From Acidimicrobiia bacterium (GTDB taxonomy: Bacteria; Actinomycetota; Acidimicrobiia; Spongiisociales; ZC4RG35): 64,000 nucleotides of DNA. The notes under the pieces are model-generated. The model saw only the letters and a program-made list of their open reading frames with translations. It was not told the DNA's origin and did not search any database. The DNA is taken from NCBI GenBank assembly GCA_965203555.1, contig CBDBCY010000004.1, positions 608,001 through 672,000 of the forward strand, given 5' to 3'. Below are positions 60,829-64,000 of the stretch, one piece after another. Numbering within the stretch: position 1 is the first letter of the stretch; the number at the start of each line of letters is the position of its first letter. Position numbers and translations under genes: made by a program.

Positions 60829-62003
60829 GAGGTTACCGCTATCTCCGTATCGACACCTCGGTAAACCGCGGGCCTGAACGGAGACAGCAAATTGATTACC
60901 GAACCGGGATCAGTGTGATGGTCGATCAGCGCACCCAGCACCTTGGCCTTTTCTTCCAGGTCCGTGGCTCTTCCCAATCTTACGATCCGTCCCGCCACCT
61001 CGGCTGTGACCTGCCCTCCATGCACTTCCAGCGCCGTTGTTATCAGCAAATCTGATCGCAGGTGCTCCAAGAAGCTCAGAGCCGGTTGCAGACCCGGGTC
61101 AGTGAGATCCAACGGCGCGCCCGCCAGGCCGGTGACATGCGGCAGGTGTTCCTCCGAATCGACATCCAGCTCCACCCCGTCCGACGAAACGGCCCTCCAC
61201 CCCCTTCCGTCAAGGGCCCACGCCACCGGATAGCGCTCCTCCAACGCGATCCTTACGGTGCCGGGCCAGGCCTTCTCGATCTCCACGTCCGCTACCCACG
61301 GATCGGCCAGCAAGCCTTCCCGCAAGAGGTCCTCCTCAACCGACAACATCGGAACACCCTCGGCAACTCCCGTGTCCCGGAGAATCTGCATCGCCGATGA
61401 AGACACCTGGCCCGTCACCACCAGGTTTCTCACCGCCAGATACGGTGAGTTGGCCACCCAAAATCCAACTCCCACCGCGGCCATTACTCCCAGCAGCCAA
61501 ACCGCCCGCTTGAATGCCTTGCGCTCTTCTCTCTCTCTAACCCTTCGGGCGCGTTCGGCGATCCGAGGATCCATGTCGGCCCCCGTACCACTTCCTCTCT
61601 TCTTTTTGAACGAGGAGATGGTGGGACGCCTCTTTTTCTGGTCCTCTCCGCCGGTGGAATCGGAACCCGGCGGCGCCCCTGATTTCTTGCCTCTGCGGAA
61701 GAGCCGGCGGGTTTTGGAGCGGGTCCGGCGAGAGGCGGCCTGCTGACGGGTTCCGGATGCACCTGCGGGAAAAACCTCTGAGGGTCCCCCCGGTTCCCGC
61801 CGGGCGCCGCCGACCCCGACCCGGGGCGGGGTCGGCCGATCAAATGTTACGGGATGAAGATCTCCGGGCATCGTACTCCCGCCCTTTACGGGAACCCGAA
61901 CAACCGTCTCCCGGTCGTTGCTCGAAGAACGCGAACCGGCCCGTTTTCTCCATCGCCGATTCGGCTTCTTCGTTCCGGAGGTCTTCGGTTTCTTGTCTCT
62001 CAA
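60816..62003 (-). CDS. ftsQ: Cell division protein FtsQ/DivIB with long basic N-terminal tail
   Basis: MDPRI..R, single TM, POTRA (PWVADVEIEKAWPGTVRI..ERYP); lies between murB and ftsZ; start uncertain. Confidence 0.85.
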   Translation of the reverse strand: MRDKKPKTSGTKKPNRRWRKRAGSRSSSNDRETVVRVPVKGGSTMPGDLHPVTFDRPTPPRVGVGGARREPGGPSEVFPAGASGTRQQAASRRTRSKTRRLFRRGKKSGAPPGSDSTGGEDQKKRRPTISSFKKKRGSGTGADMDPRIAERARRVREREERKAFKRAVWLLGVMAAVGVGFWVANSPYLAVRNLVVTGQVSSSAMQILRDTGVAEGVPMLSVEEDLLREGLLADPWVADVEIEKAWPGTVRIALEERYPVAWALDGRGWRAVSSDGVELDVDSEEHLPHVTGLAGAPLDLTDPGLQPALSFLEHLRSDLLITTALEVHGGQVTAEVAGRIVRLGRATDLEEKAKVLGALIDHHTDPGSVINLLSPFRPAVYRGVDTEIAVTSPSS

Positions 62004-62007
62004 ACTG

Positions 62008-62916
62008 CTACCCCTTCGTTGGAAAACCGACAAATCTAATCTCCGGTTCCAGGTCAATGCCGGTGGCCTCCCGAACACTCCGACGCACCTTGGCGACCAG
62101 GCGGCGGACGTCCTCCGCGGTGGCGCCCCTGTCGGCCACAAAGAAGTTGGCGTGCTTCTCAGAAACCCGCACACGCCCTATCCGGGCGCCTTTGAGGCCC
62201 AGATCGTCAATGATCCGGCCGGCCGCATCGCCCGGGGGATTCTTGAACACGCTACCCGCGTTGAGGGTGCCTCCCGGCTGATGGAGACGCCGCCACCGAG
62301 TGATGTTCCGCATCCGGTCCAACCCCTGGGACTGCTCGCCCGATGTGAAGGCGAACCACGCCCTGGTGACCACCTGGAAAGGCTGAACCGCCGAAGTACG
62401 ATACCCCAGCCGCAACTGGGGAGGAGACACGCTCTGCAATTGCCCCGTGGACAAGTCGAATATCTCCACCTCCTTCAATACATCCACCATTTCCCAACCG
62501 TGACAGCCGGCGTTCTGGCACACGCCTCCACCAACCGTCCCCGGAATCCCCACCATGAATTCCAGTCCCAACCGACCCTCTCCCGCCGCCGAGCGAGCCA
62601 AACGGGGAAGGGGCACTCCTCCCCCCGCCTCGATCCGGTCCGTCTCATGCCTGATAGAGAGGAACTCCCCCACCAATCTGATCACCATCCCCGGGTAACC
62701 CTGGTCGGCAACAATCACATTGCTCCCTTTTCCCAGCACCAACACGCGGTCGTCGTCGCCTCCCACCCCGGCCTTCGCCAGCGCCCGGAGGTCGGCGAGA
62801 CTGCTCGCCTCGGCATACCAGCGGGCGGCGCCGCCCAGCTTGTAGGTGGTCAGCCCGTCAAGAGGAACATCCCTTCGCACCAAACCTCGATACGACAACC
62901 GGGACCAATCACTCAT
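62008..62916 (-). CDS. murB: UDP-N-acetylmuramate dehydrogenase
   Basis: TTYKLGG, GKGSN, GIPGTVGG..NAG, AGSVFKNP, SEKHANF. Confidence 0.96.
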   Translation of the reverse strand: MSDWSRLSYRGLVRRDVPLDGLTTYKLGGAARWYAEASSLADLRALAKAGVGGDDDRVLVLGKGSNVIVADQGYPGMVIRLVGEFLSIRHETDRIEAGGGVPLPRLARSAAGEGRLGLEFMVGIPGTVGGGVCQNAGCHGWEMVDVLKEVEIFDLSTGQLQSVSPPQLRLGYRTSAVQPFQVVTRAWFAFTSGEQSQGLDRMRNITRWRRLHQPGGTLNAGSVFKNPPGDAAGRIIDDLGLKGARIGRVRVSEKHANFFVADRGATAEDVRRLVAKVRRSVREATGIDLEPEIRFVGFPTKG

Positions 62917-64000
62917 CGACTTTGCTCCCGCCCGGCCAGAAGCGCCAAAAGTTCGGTGGGAACCATGGTGACGTCGCCTGCCCCCATGCTCACCACCAGG
63001 TCTCCCTCCTGCAACTGGGGCGCCACTCTTTCCGCCACCTCCGAGCGATGCGGATAGTACTGCACTGCCCTTCCCCCAGCCCGGCGGGCCGCCGCCGCCA
63101 CCAGTTCCCCGCTGATGCCCGGCTGAGGTTCCTCGCGGGCGCCGTAGACATCGGTGACGACCACTCGATCGGCCAGAGCCAACGCAGCACCCAGGCCAGT
63201 GAACATCTGGGCGGTCCGAGAGTAGAGGTGTGGTTGAAAGATGGCCCACAATCGGCGGCTGCCGGTCTCTTTCGCGGCCCGCAGGGTGGCAGCGATCTCG
63301 GACGGGTGATGGGCGTAGTCGTCTATGATGGTCACGCCCCCCACCACCCCGCGATGTTCATAGCGGCGTCGCACTCCCCGATAGCGGGCTACTCCATGAA
63401 CGGCCCGGCCCAGGTCCAACCCCAATTCTCCGCACAAAGCCAACGCTCCGGCCGCATTGCGGGCCATGTGAACTCCGGGAAAGGGAACTACGACCGGCCA
63501 CGACGAACCGTCCCTCGTCAGGCGAAACGAGACCCGACCCTTGCCCTCGGAAAGTTCGATGATCCTCCAGTGAGCCTCTTTAGAGAGGCCGAAACCCACA
63601 AGTTCCGCCCTCCGGGCCACCCGCCGGGCGCCCGGATCGTCGATTCCGGCCACCACCGGACCGTCCACTCCTCGCGCTACCCGGACAAAACTCGACTCCA
63701 GGTTGTCGACCGTCTCGAAGTGTTCCAGATGTTCAGCCTCAACATTGTTGATCACCAGGCCCTTGAGATTGACTACCTCGAAAGTGCGAAACGCCTCGTC
63801 CACCTCCAAGACCATCCACGGGTCCGAGCCCAAACCGGCATTGGTTCCCAATCCGAGGACATGCTCACCCACCACGAAACTGGGATCCTGCCCCGCCGCC
63901 CGGGCAGCCTCGACCAGCATGGCGGTGGAAGAAGTCTTTCCGTGAGTTCCGGTGGGACCTACAGTGGTGATCTCGGCGCTCAAGGCCTCCAGCAACCGGG
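62913..64000 (-). CDS. murC: UDP-N-acetylmuramate-L-alanine ligase (5' part beyond the window)
   Basis: GTHGKTSS, DDYAHHPSEI, FQPHLYSRT, MGAGD. Confidence 0.95.
   Translation of the reverse strand, partial: RLLEALSAEITTVGPTGTHGKTSSTAMLVEAARAAGQDPSFVVGEHVLGLGTNAGLGSDPWMVLEVDEAFRTFEVVNLKGLVINNVEAEHLEHFETVDNLESSFVRVARGVDGPVVAGIDDPGARRVARRAELVGFGLSKEAHWRIIELSEGKGRVSFRLTRDGSSWPVVVPFPGVHMARNAAGALALCGELGLDLGRAVHGVARYRGVRRRYEHRGVVGGVTIIDDYAHHPSEIAATLRAAKETGSRRLWAIFQPHLYSRTAQMFTGLGAALALADRVVVTDVYGAREEPQPGISGELVAAAARRAGGRAVQYYPHRSEVAERVAPQLQEGDLVVSMGAGDVTMVPTELLALLAGREQSR

Overview
High-GC actinobacterial chromosome segment. Gene order and protein style suggest Acidimicrobiia (inference). From left to right: (1) a Tad/Flp pilus operon (tadE-like x2, flp, tadC, tadB, tadA, tadZ/cpaE-like, cpaB) with a divergent tandem Sm-like protein and a small HTH gene; (2) tRNA-Glu(CTC) and tRNA-Gln(CTG), then a membrane-anchored HNH/Excalibur nuclease; (3) a split trp region (trpE ... 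trpCFBA) interrupted by ygfZ, a vapBC pair and a ThDP E1alpha/E1beta + free lipoyl carrier + SDR + Hyi-like cassette with no E2 catalytic domain or E3; (4) ccdA, a methyltransferase, yczE, MATE, nth, a thioesterase, a DUF222-HNH gene with a structured 3' flank, and thyX; (5) a decaying defence/TA island at about 33.5-47.2 kb with two ATPases, three more vapBC pairs, orphan antitoxins, DUF499 and DUF262 relics, a frameshifted C5 methyltransferase with an HhH-GPD-like tail, and an IS110 relic whose bridge-RNA guides still match its own junctions; (6) the core dnaE-rhomboid-rluD-lspA-dksA-ileS-divIVA-sepF-ftsZ-ftsQ-murB-murC block. Single-base insertions in homopolymers of dnaE, ileS and rluD point to long-read indel errors, so pseudogene calls resting on one frameshift are provisional. 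No CRISPR array or rRNA was seen. All family assignments come from motif recognition by eye, not database searches.
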